Origin: Cloacibacterium rupense
GTDB taxonomy: Bacteria > Bacteroidota > Bacteroidia > Flavobacteriales > Weeksellaceae
NCBI RefSeq assembly: GCF_014645495.1
Contig: NZ_BMLV01000001.1
Location: 291,996 to 355,995 of the forward strand
DNA: 64,000 nucleotides
Direction of reading: 5' to 3'
Under the pieces are notes generated by a model. That model saw only the letters and a program-made list of their open reading frames with translations. It was not told the origin of the DNA and ran no database searches. Every line of letters begins with the position of its first letter. Position 1 is the first letter of the stretch. The translations under genes were made by a program, and so were the position numbers. Positions 48,179 to 57,676 of this stretch are shown here, piece by piece.

Positions 48179-49210
48179 ATGAAATTTTCTTTTAAAAATG
48201 ACTATTCCGAAGGTTGCCATCCCAAAATTTTGGAGGCACTTTCAAAATATAATTTAGACCAACAAAACGGGTACGGACTAGATATTTACTCAGAAAATGT
48301 AGCAAACATCATCAGAGAAAAATCAAAATCTCCACAATCCAAAGTGCATTTGGTAAGCGGTGGTACACAAGCTAATCTCATTGTGATTTCCAGTATTTTA
48401 AGACCTCACGAAAGTGTAGTTTCTGCCAATACAGGACATATTTTTACCAATGAATCTGGTGCCATAGAAGCGACTGGACATAAAGTACACGGTGTAGAAA
48501 CCAAAGATGGAAAACTAAGACCAGAAGATATTCAGAATGTGCTAGAGGTACATACCAATGTTCCGCATCAGGTGAAACAGAAGTTGGTTTACATTTCTAA
48601 TTCTACCGAAGTAGGAACCATTTACACCAAAAAAGAACTAGAAAATCTTTCAGAATTTTGCAAAGAAAAGAACCTATATCTTTTTATGGATGGAGCTAGA
48701 TTAGGGCACGCTCTTACTGCTAAAAGCAACGATATAACTTGGGAAGACATCGCCAGATTAACAGATGTATATTATCTAGGAGGAACCAAAAACGGCGCAT
48801 TAATAGGAGAAGCTATTGTAATCAATAACGTGAGTTTACAAGAAGAATTTGGTTTTCATCTGAAGCAAAAAGGAGCACTGTTGGCCAAAGGAAGATTACT
48901 CGGAATTCAGTTTCAAGAACTTCTAAAAAATGATTTGTATTGGGAATTGGCAGAACATGCCAATCTACAAGCCGAAAAAATAAAAGAAGCTTTCCAAGAA
49001 ATTGGCGCAGATTTTTTAGCTGAAACAGATACCAACCAAATTTTCCCTATTTTAGAAAATTCTCAAATTGAGAAACTTTCAGAACAATTTGATTTTTATG
49101 TTTGGAAAAAAATAGATTCAGAGAAATCTGCCATCAGAATTATTACGTCTTGGGCTACTTATGGTGCGGTGGTAGAGAATTTCTGTAATGAAATATTGAA
49201 ATTGAAATAA
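48179..49210 (+). CDS. Threonine aldolase family PLP-dependent enzyme
   Basis: 343 aa. DYSEGCHP, GGTQANL and the PLP-lysine region GGTKNG. Confidence 0.8.
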   Translation: MKFSFKNDYSEGCHPKILEALSKYNLDQQNGYGLDIYSENVANIIREKSKSPQSKVHLVSGGTQANLIVISSILRPHESVVSANTGHIFTNESGAIEATGHKVHGVETKDGKLRPEDIQNVLEVHTNVPHQVKQKLVYISNSTEVGTIYTKKELENLSEFCKEKNLYLFMDGARLGHALTAKSNDITWEDIARLTDVYYLGGTKNGALIGEAIVINNVSLQEEFGFHLKQKGALLAKGRLLGIQFQELLKNDLYWELAEHANLQAEKIKEAFQEIGADFLAETDTNQIFPILENSQIEKLSEQFDFYVWKKIDSEKSAIRIITSWATYGAVVENFCNEILKLK

Positions 49211-49235
49211 AAAGTATTAACACTTAAACTTAAAT

Positions 49236-50576
49236 ATGAAAAAATTAATATGCTCTCTTCTTTTAATTCCTGCATTTTTCTCTGCGCAACAGACCGTTTC
49301 CAGAGATGCACAAATAGCGAATTATGTGTCACAAGTGAGTGCAGATTCTTTGAAATCTCACATCAATAAACTAGTTAGTTTCGGAACTCGTCATACCATG
49401 AGTTCTACAACTGATGCTAAAAAAGGAATTGGCGCAGCTAGAAGTTGGGTGCTTTCTAAATTCAGAAATTATGCTAAAAATGCTGATGGAAGAATGGAAG
49501 TTTTTCTGCAAAACCAAACCATTCAGCCAGATGGCAAGAGAATCAATCAAGCAACTGATTTAGGAAATGCCATTGCCATTTTACATGGAACTGACCCTAA
49601 TGATAAAAGAATTTTTATGATGGGCGGTCATCTTGATTCCAGAGTTTCTGATGTCATGAATGCAAAAGATTTCGCACCAGGTGCCAATGACGATGGCAGC
49701 GGAGTAGGCGCTGTAATAGAATCTGCAAGAATTCTGAGCCAATCTAAATTCCCAGCAACTATAGTTTTTGTAGCATTTTCTGGTGAAGAACAAGGCTTGT
49801 TAGGCGCTAAAATGCTTGCCGAGAAAGCAAAAACCGAAAATTGGCAGTTAGAAGCTTTGCTGAATAATGATATGATTGGGAATAATCTCTCCAGTGAAAC
49901 CAATTTAATTAATGCCAATCAGTTAAGAGTTTTTTCCGAAGGTTTGCCGCAATTTGATTGGGATAAAAAAGCACAAAATATCAGAAATTTAGGTTTAGAA
50001 AACGATGGCGACGCCAGACAATTGGCAAGATACATCAAAGAAGTAGGAGAGCGTTATGTTGATAATTTAGAAGTGAAATTGATTTATAGAAACGATAGAT
50101 TTCTTCGCGGGGGCGACCATACTTCTTTTGTAAATCAAGGTTTTGCAGCGGTGAGATTAACGGAATTTAATGAAAATTATGACCATCAACACCAAGATAT
50201 CAGAAAAGAAAACGGTAAACAATATGGGGATTTACCAGAATTTATGGATTTTGAATATTTTAAGAAAAACGTAGGAATCAATGTTTCGGTGTTGGCTAAC
50301 TTGGCAAAATCTCCTTCAAAACCTGAAAATGTAAAAATGGAGGTCAAAGAATTAACCAATTTCACCACCATTCATTGGGAAAAACCAAAAAATGGAGAAG
50401 TAGCTGGTTACTACGTTCTCATGCGCGAAACAGATGCTTCAACTTGGCAAAAGAAATTTTTCACCAAAGAAAACTCAATCAAATTGCCATACTCTAAAGA
50501 CAATTATTTCTTTGCAGTGCAAGCCGTAAATAACTCAGGGAACGAAAGTCTCATCGTTATCCCAAGTGTAAAATAA
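49236..50576 (+). CDS. M28-family peptidase with a C-terminal fibronectin-III-like domain
   Basis: Signal peptide. M28 motifs GGHLDSRV, GANDDGSGV and FSGEEQGLLG. The C-terminal beta-sandwich reads …NFTTIHWEKPKNGEVAGYYVLMRE. Confidence 0.75.
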   Translation: MKKLICSLLLIPAFFSAQQTVSRDAQIANYVSQVSADSLKSHINKLVSFGTRHTMSSTTDAKKGIGAARSWVLSKFRNYAKNADGRMEVFLQNQTIQPDGKRINQATDLGNAIAILHGTDPNDKRIFMMGGHLDSRVSDVMNAKDFAPGANDDGSGVGAVIESARILSQSKFPATIVFVAFSGEEQGLLGAKMLAEKAKTENWQLEALLNNDMIGNNLSSETNLINANQLRVFSEGLPQFDWDKKAQNIRNLGLENDGDARQLARYIKEVGERYVDNLEVKLIYRNDRFLRGGDHTSFVNQGFAAVRLTEFNENYDHQHQDIRKENGKQYGDLPEFMDFEYFKKNVGINVSVLANLAKSPSKPENVKMEVKELTNFTTIHWEKPKNGEVAGYYVLMRETDASTWQKKFFTKENSIKLPYSKDNYFFAVQAVNNSGNESLIVIPSVK

Positions 50577-50580
50577 TAGA

Positions 50581-50609
50581 AAAGTCCCGAAAATTTCGGG
50601 ACTTTTTTT
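50581..50609. terminator. Bidirectional terminator between convergent genes
   Basis: aaagtcccgaaaatttcgggacttttttt. Confidence 0.65.
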
Positions 50610-50775
50610 GTGTTAACTTTTAAACGCAAAGATTATTATTGCTTTACAAAGATTTTAAGGAAGCAAAGAAAGTGAATAAATTCACTCTTGAAGCGTTAGC
50701 TTAATCAATTCCGTTTACGGAATAAGCTTTGCTCACTAAAAGATATATTTTTTTTAAATTCTTTGCGTTTTAAAA

Positions 50776-53727
50776 TCATAACTGCTTTTTGAAACCAACT
50801 TCTTTTCTCCACTTTTTAAATTCTCCCGGAGACATCGTTCCTTGCGGAACTTCGGTTACTCTTTTGCTTTTAGATTTTGGTCTTTCTTTCACTTCCAGCG
50901 TTTTCTTTTCCGTAACTCCGTTAATAGAAATTTCTAAGGTATATTTCCCTGGAGTAATGTAAACATGGCCATCATCTGCTTTTTTAGACTTCTCTGCAGC
51001 ATTTACCGTTAAATCATAATCAACAATGTTAAAGCCTTTATCAGCGGTTTGATGAATGGTTTTTACCGTTTCATTTTGTGCATTATTAATTCTAATGACA
51101 GCTTTTCCAGCATTTTTAGTGTAAAATTCTATGGGGAAATTTTGCTTTTCAATTTCAGTGAAATTATTATTGGCTTTGCCCCAATTTTCTTTGAAATTAA
51201 TGCTTTCTACATCATAAATGATTAATTCCTTAGCTAAATCTTCAGCAGTCATTTTTTGTAATTTCTTCACATCGGCAATATAAATAGAGCGACCATGAGT
51301 TGCTACAATCAATTCATTATCTCTGTGATGAACTTTCAAATCGTGAACAGCAACGTTTGGAAGAGTGGCATTATTGGCAGACATAAACGTTTTTCCTCGG
51401 TCAAGTGAAATGTACAAACCGTTATCCGTTCCTACATACAAAAGATTTTCGTTGTTATGGTCTTCTCTTATAACGTTGATGGGTTCTAAAGGTAAATCTT
51501 CGCCAATTTTTATCCAAGTTTTCCCGAAATCATCAGAACTGTAAAGCAGAGCACGGAAATCATCTTCTCGGTAGGCATTTAAGCTTAAATAAACTCTAGA
51601 TTCCGAAAAAGAAGAAGGTTGTACCATAGAAACCCAAAATCCCGGGAAATCTCCTATTTTTTGCCAAGAATTTCCGCCGTCTTTGCTTACATTCACCAAT
51701 CCATCATCACTTCCTGCATAAATTAAACCAAATTTTTTCGGACTTTCTTCTATGGTTGAAAGGGTAGAATATGGCACGTTCTCTTGTTTGGTATTTCTGG
51801 TTAAATCTCCAGATATTTTTTGCCAAGTTTCGCCTTTGTCCATACTTCTGTAAACGCTTTGTGCACCAAAATAAACAATATCTTGATTATGACGAGAAAT
51901 CTGGAAAGGTGCTTCCCAATTAAAACGAAGTGGGTTTTCACCAATTTCTCTTGGAACTTCTAGATATTTTCTTTCATTGGTTTTTTTGTTAATTCTAAAA
52001 TAATTCCCAAACTGAAAACCAGTGTAAATAGTGGCATTATCTCGGAAATCTACACGAACTTGCATTCCGTCTCCTCCAAGAAGGAATTTGAAATTGTCAC
52101 CGTTGTCAAATTTTCCTTTTTTATAATCAAATTTATTGCTTGATGGTCCATACCAAACACCATTATCTTGCATTCCACCGTACACATTGTATGGTTTTTC
52201 TAAATCATAATCCACAGAATAAAACTGCGAAACAGGCAAAGAGTTGCAGTGAATATATGAATTCCCATTGTCATAAGAAATATTGATTCCGCCGTCATTT
52301 CCATTGATAAAATGATTATCATTTTTAGGGTTAAACCAAATAGCGTGATGGTCTGCATGTACGTTTGGTGAATCTATAGATTTAAATGATTTTCCGCCAT
52401 TTTCCGATACCAAAATCGGAACTCCAGCAATAATTACCTTATCTGGATTGGTGGGAGAAACCCAAATTTGACCGAAATAATATCCATAGGTATAATACAA
52501 ACCATCTAGATTTTTTTCGTTGGTTTTTTTCCAAGATTTTCCAGCATCATCAGAGCGGTAAACTTCTGCACCTTCAATTTCGATGTTGAATAAATCATCA
52601 TTCCCGTTGTGTGTATAGTTAAATATATCTTTTACGGTAATTTTATTTTCTCGTACTGATTTTTTTAGATTTTCAGAGGTGTATCTTTCTGGGAAACGTT
52701 CTCCGTCTAGATATTCATTGATGGTTTTATCATCTAAAGCCAAGAACTCTTCTTTGGTGATTTTTTGCATTTTGGCTTTGTCCAAAGATTTTTCTGTCTT
52801 TTCTTCTTTTGTAGTTGAAACAGGTCTGTTTTTTTGATGGTCAACGATGGCATAAATAATATTCGGATTTTTTGGGAAAATAGAAAGCCCAATTCTACCT
52901 ACATTTTCATCAGCTGGAAAGCCAGAATTTTTTGTTGAAATTTTTTGCCAAGATGCTCCACCATCATTCGATTTGAAAACTCCAGAAGAAGCACCACTTT
53001 CTACAAATTTCCACGCTTTACGTTCTTTATACCAAAGCGTTGCGTAAACTTCTTTTGGATTTTGAGGATTGATGGCGAAATCAATTGCTCCAGAGTTTTG
53101 GTCTGCCGAAAGGGTGTTTTTCCAAGTTTTGCCACCATCAGTTGTTTTGAAAATACCTCTTTCTGCATTTGGAGAATACAAATGTCCAACTGCTGCTACC
53201 CAAATTTCATTCGGGTTTTCCGGATTTACCACAATTCTTCCAATGTGATGTGTATCTTTTAAGCCTAGATTTTGCCAAGTTTTCCCTTGGTTCGTACTTT
53301 TAAAAATGCCCATTCCTGCATAAGATGAACGAGAAGAATTGCTTTCGCCGGTCCCTATAAAGATGGTTTTGGTTTTCCAGTCTACTGCAATATCGCCAAT
53401 AGTCATTACAGCTTCTTTATCAAAAATAGGAGTGAAGGTGGTTCCGTTATTTTGGGTGTACCACAATCCACCAGAAGCATAAGCTACATAAAATTCTATA
53501 GGATTCTCAGGATTAGCATCTATATCTGTTACTCTACCGCTCATGGTAGTGGGACCAATATTTCTAAAATTTAAATTTTTAAAAATAGAGCGGTTTTCTA
53601 GTTCTTTTCTTTGTTCATAACCTTTCCAACGTTCTTCGGGTGAGGTAGTATTGAGTTGAAGTTTTTGAGCGTGATAAAATGAAAAAGCCAGAATAGCAGA
53701 AGAGAATAGAATTTTTTGATAATTCAT
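50776..53727 (-). CDS. Large secreted BNR/Asp-box repeat beta-propeller protein (sortilin/Vps10-like or GH74-like)
   Basis: 983 aa with a signal peptide. It has at least 10 Asp-box repeats (STNQGKTW, TTDGGKTW, SNDGGASW, SDDAGKSW, SENGGKSF, MDKGETW, SKDGGNSW, SDDFGKTW, SLDRGKTF). Confidence 0.65.
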   Translation of the reverse strand: MNYQKILFSSAILAFSFYHAQKLQLNTTSPEERWKGYEQRKELENRSIFKNLNFRNIGPTTMSGRVTDIDANPENPIEFYVAYASGGLWYTQNNGTTFTPIFDKEAVMTIGDIAVDWKTKTIFIGTGESNSSRSSYAGMGIFKSTNQGKTWQNLGLKDTHHIGRIVVNPENPNEIWVAAVGHLYSPNAERGIFKTTDGGKTWKNTLSADQNSGAIDFAINPQNPKEVYATLWYKERKAWKFVESGASSGVFKSNDGGASWQKISTKNSGFPADENVGRIGLSIFPKNPNIIYAIVDHQKNRPVSTTKEEKTEKSLDKAKMQKITKEEFLALDDKTINEYLDGERFPERYTSENLKKSVRENKITVKDIFNYTHNGNDDLFNIEIEGAEVYRSDDAGKSWKKTNEKNLDGLYYTYGYYFGQIWVSPTNPDKVIIAGVPILVSENGGKSFKSIDSPNVHADHHAIWFNPKNDNHFINGNDGGINISYDNGNSYIHCNSLPVSQFYSVDYDLEKPYNVYGGMQDNGVWYGPSSNKFDYKKGKFDNGDNFKFLLGGDGMQVRVDFRDNATIYTGFQFGNYFRINKKTNERKYLEVPREIGENPLRFNWEAPFQISRHNQDIVYFGAQSVYRSMDKGETWQKISGDLTRNTKQENVPYSTLSTIEESPKKFGLIYAGSDDGLVNVSKDGGNSWQKIGDFPGFWVSMVQPSSFSESRVYLSLNAYREDDFRALLYSSDDFGKTWIKIGEDLPLEPINVIREDHNNENLLYVGTDNGLYISLDRGKTFMSANNATLPNVAVHDLKVHHRDNELIVATHGRSIYIADVKKLQKMTAEDLAKELIIYDVESINFKENWGKANNNFTEIEKQNFPIEFYTKNAGKAVIRINNAQNETVKTIHQTADKGFNIVDYDLTVNAAEKSKKADDGHVYITPGKYTLEISINGVTEKKTLEVKERPKSKSKRVTEVPQGTMSPGEFKKWRKEVGFKKQL

Positions 53728-53883
53728 TGTAAAGAAGTTTTTTCAAATATAACTAAATTTTTCCTTTTTTTAAAGGTATCTTATTAGCGATAGAACTAGC
53801 TTTTATAGATTTTGTATTTATTATCAGATATTTGAAATTGAAACTATTGTTTTATTTTGAACTCAATAAGTGAAAAATAAAAT

Positions 53884-54438
53884 CTATTTTACCCAACAAT
53901 CAATTACGTGGTCATCTACCATTCCTGTAGCTTGCATATGCGCATAAACTACCGTAGAACCCAGAAATTTAAAACCTCTCTTCTTAAGATCTTTTGCCAA
54001 TTGATCAGAAATTTCAGTAGTTGCAGGTACTTCTTTTAATGTTTTTGGCAAGTTTATAATGGGTTTACCACCTACAAAACCCCAAATATATTGAGAAAAA
54101 CTCCCAAATTCACGTTGTACTTCCATGAATTTTTGTGCATTAGAAATAGTTGCCATTATTTTTAGTCGATTTCTTATAATTCCTGCATCTTGCATCAGTT
54201 CTTCTACTTTTTCATCGGGATATTGGGCTATTTTTTTATAATCAAAATCATCAAATGCTTTTCTGAAATTCTCACGCTTTCGCAGAATCGTAATCCAACT
54301 CAACCCAGCCTGAAAACTCTCTAAAACCAAAAACTCAAAAATAGTCTCGTCATCATATACTGGTTTTCCCCATTCTTCATCATGATATTTTTGATACAGT
54401 TCATCTTTTCCGCACCATGCACATCTTATTTTTTCCAT
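53884..54438 (-). CDS. tag: DNA-3-methyladenine glycosylase I
   Basis: 184 aa. Zn-binding N-terminus (…RCAWCGKDELYQKYHDEEWG) and an HhH region. Confidence 0.85.
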   Translation of the reverse strand: MEKIRCAWCGKDELYQKYHDEEWGKPVYDDETIFEFLVLESFQAGLSWITILRKRENFRKAFDDFDYKKIAQYPDEKVEELMQDAGIIRNRLKIMATISNAQKFMEVQREFGSFSQYIWGFVGGKPIINLPKTLKEVPATTEISDQLAKDLKKRGFKFLGSTVVYAHMQATGMVDDHVIDCWVK

Positions 54439-54707
54439 TTTATCTTAAACTTTAATTATTACTTTTAATTAATTGAATATAAGCTTTTTAAACTTTAATA
54501 AAACTTTATGAATTGCTTAACATTTTTTTTGCAATTCTTCTGCTAAATTTGTATTCGTTAAAAGTACAAATTTTTGTACCCATCATTACAAACCTCCTAA
54601 TAATAGTTATTCATAAAATCAAATTTTTGTTTGCAAGAACCGAGAAATCGGTTCTTTTTTTATGCTGTAAACAATAATTATTTTAAATTTGCCAAAATTA
54701 AATTATT

Positions 54708-55514
54708 ATGTACGGATTACTTAAAGGTAAAAAAGGAATTATTTTCGGTGCACTTAATGACCAATCTATCGCTTGGAAAGTGGCAGAACGTTGCCACGAA
54801 GAAGGTGCAGAATTTATCCTTTCTAACGCTCCTATCGCTATGAGAATGGGCGAAATAAACGCTTTAGCAGAAAAAACAGGTTCAGAAGTAATTGGCGCAG
54901 ACGCTACTTCTATGGAAGATTTAGAAAAACTCTTTGATGCTGCTATTGCAAAATTCGGAAAAATTGATTTTATCTTACATTCCATTGGGATGTCTGTTAA
55001 CGTTAGAAAAGGCAAACATTACACAGATATTAATTATGATTGGCTAGAAAAAGGTTGGGATGTATCTGCCGTTTCTTTCCACAAAGTAATGAAAACAGCT
55101 TGGGAAAAAGATTGTATGAATGAGTGGGGCTCTATCTTGGCACTTACTTACATTGCTGCTCAACGTACCTTCCCAGATTATAATGACATGGCAGATAATA
55201 AATCTTACCTAGAATCTATCGCTAGAACTTTCGGCTACTATTGGGGCGAAAGAAAAGTAAGAGTAAACACCATTTCTCAATCTCCTACCATGACTACCGC
55301 TGGTTCTGGAGTGAAAGGTTTTGGAGGTTTCTTAGGATTTGCAGAAGATATGTCGCCGCTCGGAAACGCTACTGCATTAGATTGTGCTAATTATTGTGTA
55401 GCCATGTTCTCAGATTTAACCAAGAGAGTCACCATGCAAAACTTGTTCAATGACGGTGGTTTCAGCAATACCGGAGTTTCTCAGAAAGTAGTAGAAAAAT
55501 ACAACGGAGAATAA
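54708..55514 (+). CDS. fabI: Enoyl-[acyl-carrier-protein] reductase (NADH), FabI type
   Basis: 268 aa. LLKGKKGIIFGALNDQSIAW…, a catalytic Y…K region, and the SDR fold. Confidence 0.85.
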   Translation: MYGLLKGKKGIIFGALNDQSIAWKVAERCHEEGAEFILSNAPIAMRMGEINALAEKTGSEVIGADATSMEDLEKLFDAAIAKFGKIDFILHSIGMSVNVRKGKHYTDINYDWLEKGWDVSAVSFHKVMKTAWEKDCMNEWGSILALTYIAAQRTFPDYNDMADNKSYLESIARTFGYYWGERKVRVNTISQSPTMTTAGSGVKGFGGFLGFAEDMSPLGNATALDCANYCVAMFSDLTKRVTMQNLFNDGGFSNTGVSQKVVEKYNGE

Positions 55515-55560
55515 CAATTCCCTAAATTCCACTTCTTTGAAGACGGGGTAGTTAAGAATA

Positions 55561-55597
55561 AATCCATTCACCGCAAAAGTTGAATGGATTTTTTTGT
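55561..55597 (+). terminator. Terminator of fabI
   Basis: aatccattcaccgcaaaagttgaatggatt followed by T7. Confidence 0.65.
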
Positions 55598-55617
55598 GAC
55601 ATCCAATCAAAATCCTT

Positions 55618-55740
55618 CTCCAATAAAAAAATGGAAGATTTTGCATCCTTTAGGACCGAGGTAAATATAATTTTCCATTTTTTTCCTCCCAACTTCCATC
55701 TCCCAACTTCCATCTTCCAACTCCCTAAATTCACGTAATT
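55618..55740. repeat. Copy A of a ~75-nt repeated element: a pyrimidine-rich plus-strand tract with embedded hairpin and a 14-mer direct repeat. On the minus strand it reads as a purine-rich tract, then hairpin, then T7.
   Basis: aaaaaaatggaagattttgcatcctttaggaccgaggtaaatataattttccatttttttcctcccaacttccatctcccaacttccatcttccaactccc. It shares about 85% identity over ~75 nt with 58690..58772. Confidence 0.5.
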
Positions 55741-55841
55741 CGAAAAAATTCGTATAATTCTCATAAAATTACCAGATATTCAAAAAAAAATTCTTAATTT
55801 GCTATCAAAACACAGATGAAATTTAAGAAAATTGGGATGAA

Positions 55842-57284
55842 ATGAAGAAATATGTATTGTTTTTCTTAGTGTTTACTGCGTTTGTTTTTGGGCAAAAAAC
55901 AGATTCTTTGGTGTCCAAAATAATTGCTAATCAATCACTTATGAAAAGTGATATGGAAAAAGGCTTTCAAGAATTATTAACTTTAGAGAAAAAAGCCAAA
56001 CAAAGCAAAAATTACAACGCAGAGCTAGAAGTGCTTAACAATAAAGCCTTTTATTATTTTACCAAAGCAGATTACAACAAAGCATATCAAATAGCACAAA
56101 GATTAGAAAAAGAAGCAGTATCTTCTAAAAACAAAAGATTAGAAGCTATTGCTATGAATAGATTGGGCATCACCTTAAATTTTTTGGAAATGTATGAAGA
56201 TGCCGAAAAAAAATTATTGAGCGCACAAAATTTTATTTTATCTAATGATTTCCACGATAAAAACCTCATTTTAGCCAATAATTACCAATTCCTTTCTGAT
56301 TTATATACCCATACTGAGAAATTTGACAAAGCCATTAATTACATCAAAAAAACAATCCCTGAGTATGATAAAATCAAAAATCCAATAGAAAAAAAGAACC
56401 AAAAATCCAAAGGATTTAGCAATATAGGTTTACAATATCTTTCTATTGATTTAGATTCTGCCGCTTTTTATTTTCAAAAATCATTGAACCTACAAGAAAA
56501 AATTCAAGTAAAAAACTATAATGTAGGCAATTATGTAGGACTAGGAGAGGTATATAACAGGAAAGGGCAATATAATAAATCAATAGAATTTCTGAAAAAA
56601 GCCGAAGAATTAAACAATCAAGTGCAAGACAGTTACTACATGACTTCTATCTATGATTTGCTTCAAGATTCTTATAAAAAAATTGGTAATGAGAAAGAGC
56701 ATAACAAATACAAGTTATTATTCTTAGAAAATTTACAAGAAGAAAATATTGAGAAACTCAATGGGGTAAATACAATCGCAAAAGAAGCTAAAAAAGTTTC
56801 AGAAATCGCCGAAAACGAAAATAAAAGCAAGACCAAAGTAGCTGTTTTTTCTTTTTTAATAGCTTTATTATCAGTAGGTTTCCTTTTTTATTTCATTAGA
56901 AACTTTAAAAGAAAAAAGCTTGAGAAAGAAGAAATTCAAAGAACGCTAGTTCAAAAAGAGAAAGAGCTTGTGAATTTAGAAGGGAAGGTAAGTGACCTAT
57001 TAGATGAAGTGATTTCTTTAGCCAAATCCAACAATGCTAACTTTTATTCTAGATTTCTAGATTTATATCCAGATTTTGAAAAAAAATTATTAGAAATAAA
57101 TCCGAAAATGACCAATTCTGAATTGCAATTTTGTGCGCTTCTGAAACTTAATTTTTCATCAAAAGAAATTGCCAATTACACTTTTATTTCGGTAAGAACG
57201 GCGCAAAATAAAAAATACAGAGTACGTTCTAAACTTAATATCCCTAATGAATTAGATACTTATGTGTTTTTCAATAATTTGTAA
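55842..57284 (+). CDS. TPR-repeat, single-pass transmembrane protein with a C-terminal LuxR/GerE-like HTH (one-component regulator)
   Basis: 480 aa with a signal peptide. TPR-like repeats (about 300 aa), a TM helix (VAVFSFLIALLSVGFLFYFI), and a C-terminal region (TNSELQFCALLKLNFSSKEIANYTFISVRTAQNKKYRVRSKL) resembling a LuxR-type HTH. Confidence 0.5.
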   Translation: MKKYVLFFLVFTAFVFGQKTDSLVSKIIANQSLMKSDMEKGFQELLTLEKKAKQSKNYNAELEVLNNKAFYYFTKADYNKAYQIAQRLEKEAVSSKNKRLEAIAMNRLGITLNFLEMYEDAEKKLLSAQNFILSNDFHDKNLILANNYQFLSDLYTHTEKFDKAINYIKKTIPEYDKIKNPIEKKNQKSKGFSNIGLQYLSIDLDSAAFYFQKSLNLQEKIQVKNYNVGNYVGLGEVYNRKGQYNKSIEFLKKAEELNNQVQDSYYMTSIYDLLQDSYKKIGNEKEHNKYKLLFLENLQEENIEKLNGVNTIAKEAKKVSEIAENENKSKTKVAVFSFLIALLSVGFLFYFIRNFKRKKLEKEEIQRTLVQKEKELVNLEGKVSDLLDEVISLAKSNNANFYSRFLDLYPDFEKKLLEINPKMTNSELQFCALLKLNFSSKEIANYTFISVRTAQNKKYRVRSKLNIPNELDTYVFFNNL

Positions 57285-57414
57285 TGCTTTGATTATCATT
57301 GCTTTAAAACATAGAGTAGGTGATGAGTAGCTTGTTTTTCGTTTGATTTTAATGAATTTTATCATATTTGCACTGCAAAAACACAACACAAGGAAAACAC
57401 AAATGATGAAATAA

Positions 57415-57445
57415 AACCAGTCGAGAGATTGACTGGTTTTATTTT
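57415..57445 (+). terminator. Terminator downstream of the TPR/LuxR-like gene
   Basis: aaccagtcgagagattgactggtt followed by ttatttt. Confidence 0.5.
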
Positions 57446-57486
57446 AAAAAAAAATCCAAAAAATTCATTTCAAATTAAACTCAATG

Positions 57487-57520
57487 AAAAAGGTGAAAGT
57501 CAACTGACTTCCACCTTTTT
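57487..57520. terminator. Bidirectional terminator-like hairpin
   Basis: aaaaaggtgaaagtcaactgacttccaccttttt with one mismatch in a 10-bp stem. On the minus strand it would terminate the nucleoside phosphorylase gene. Confidence 0.45.
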
Positions 57521-57585
57521 CTGCTATATAAGTATAATAATTATTTTGCGCTTTGCATTAAAAAACCTCCATCATACCACTACAT

Positions 57586-57676
57586 TCTTACAACTTCACG
57601 ACTTTACAACTTCACAATTTCACGATTTCACAACTTTACAACTTTACAACTTCACAATTTCACAACTTCACGACTT
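57586..57676. repeat. Degenerate octamer tandem array, about 11 copies (TTCACAAC/TTTACAAC on the plus strand, GTGAAGTT/GTAAAGTT on the minus strand), in the 3' region of the phosphorylase gene
   Basis: cttacaacttcacgactttacaacttcacaatttcacgatttcacaactttacaactttacaacttcacaatttcacaacttcacgactt. It is G-depleted on the plus strand. Confidence 0.6.
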
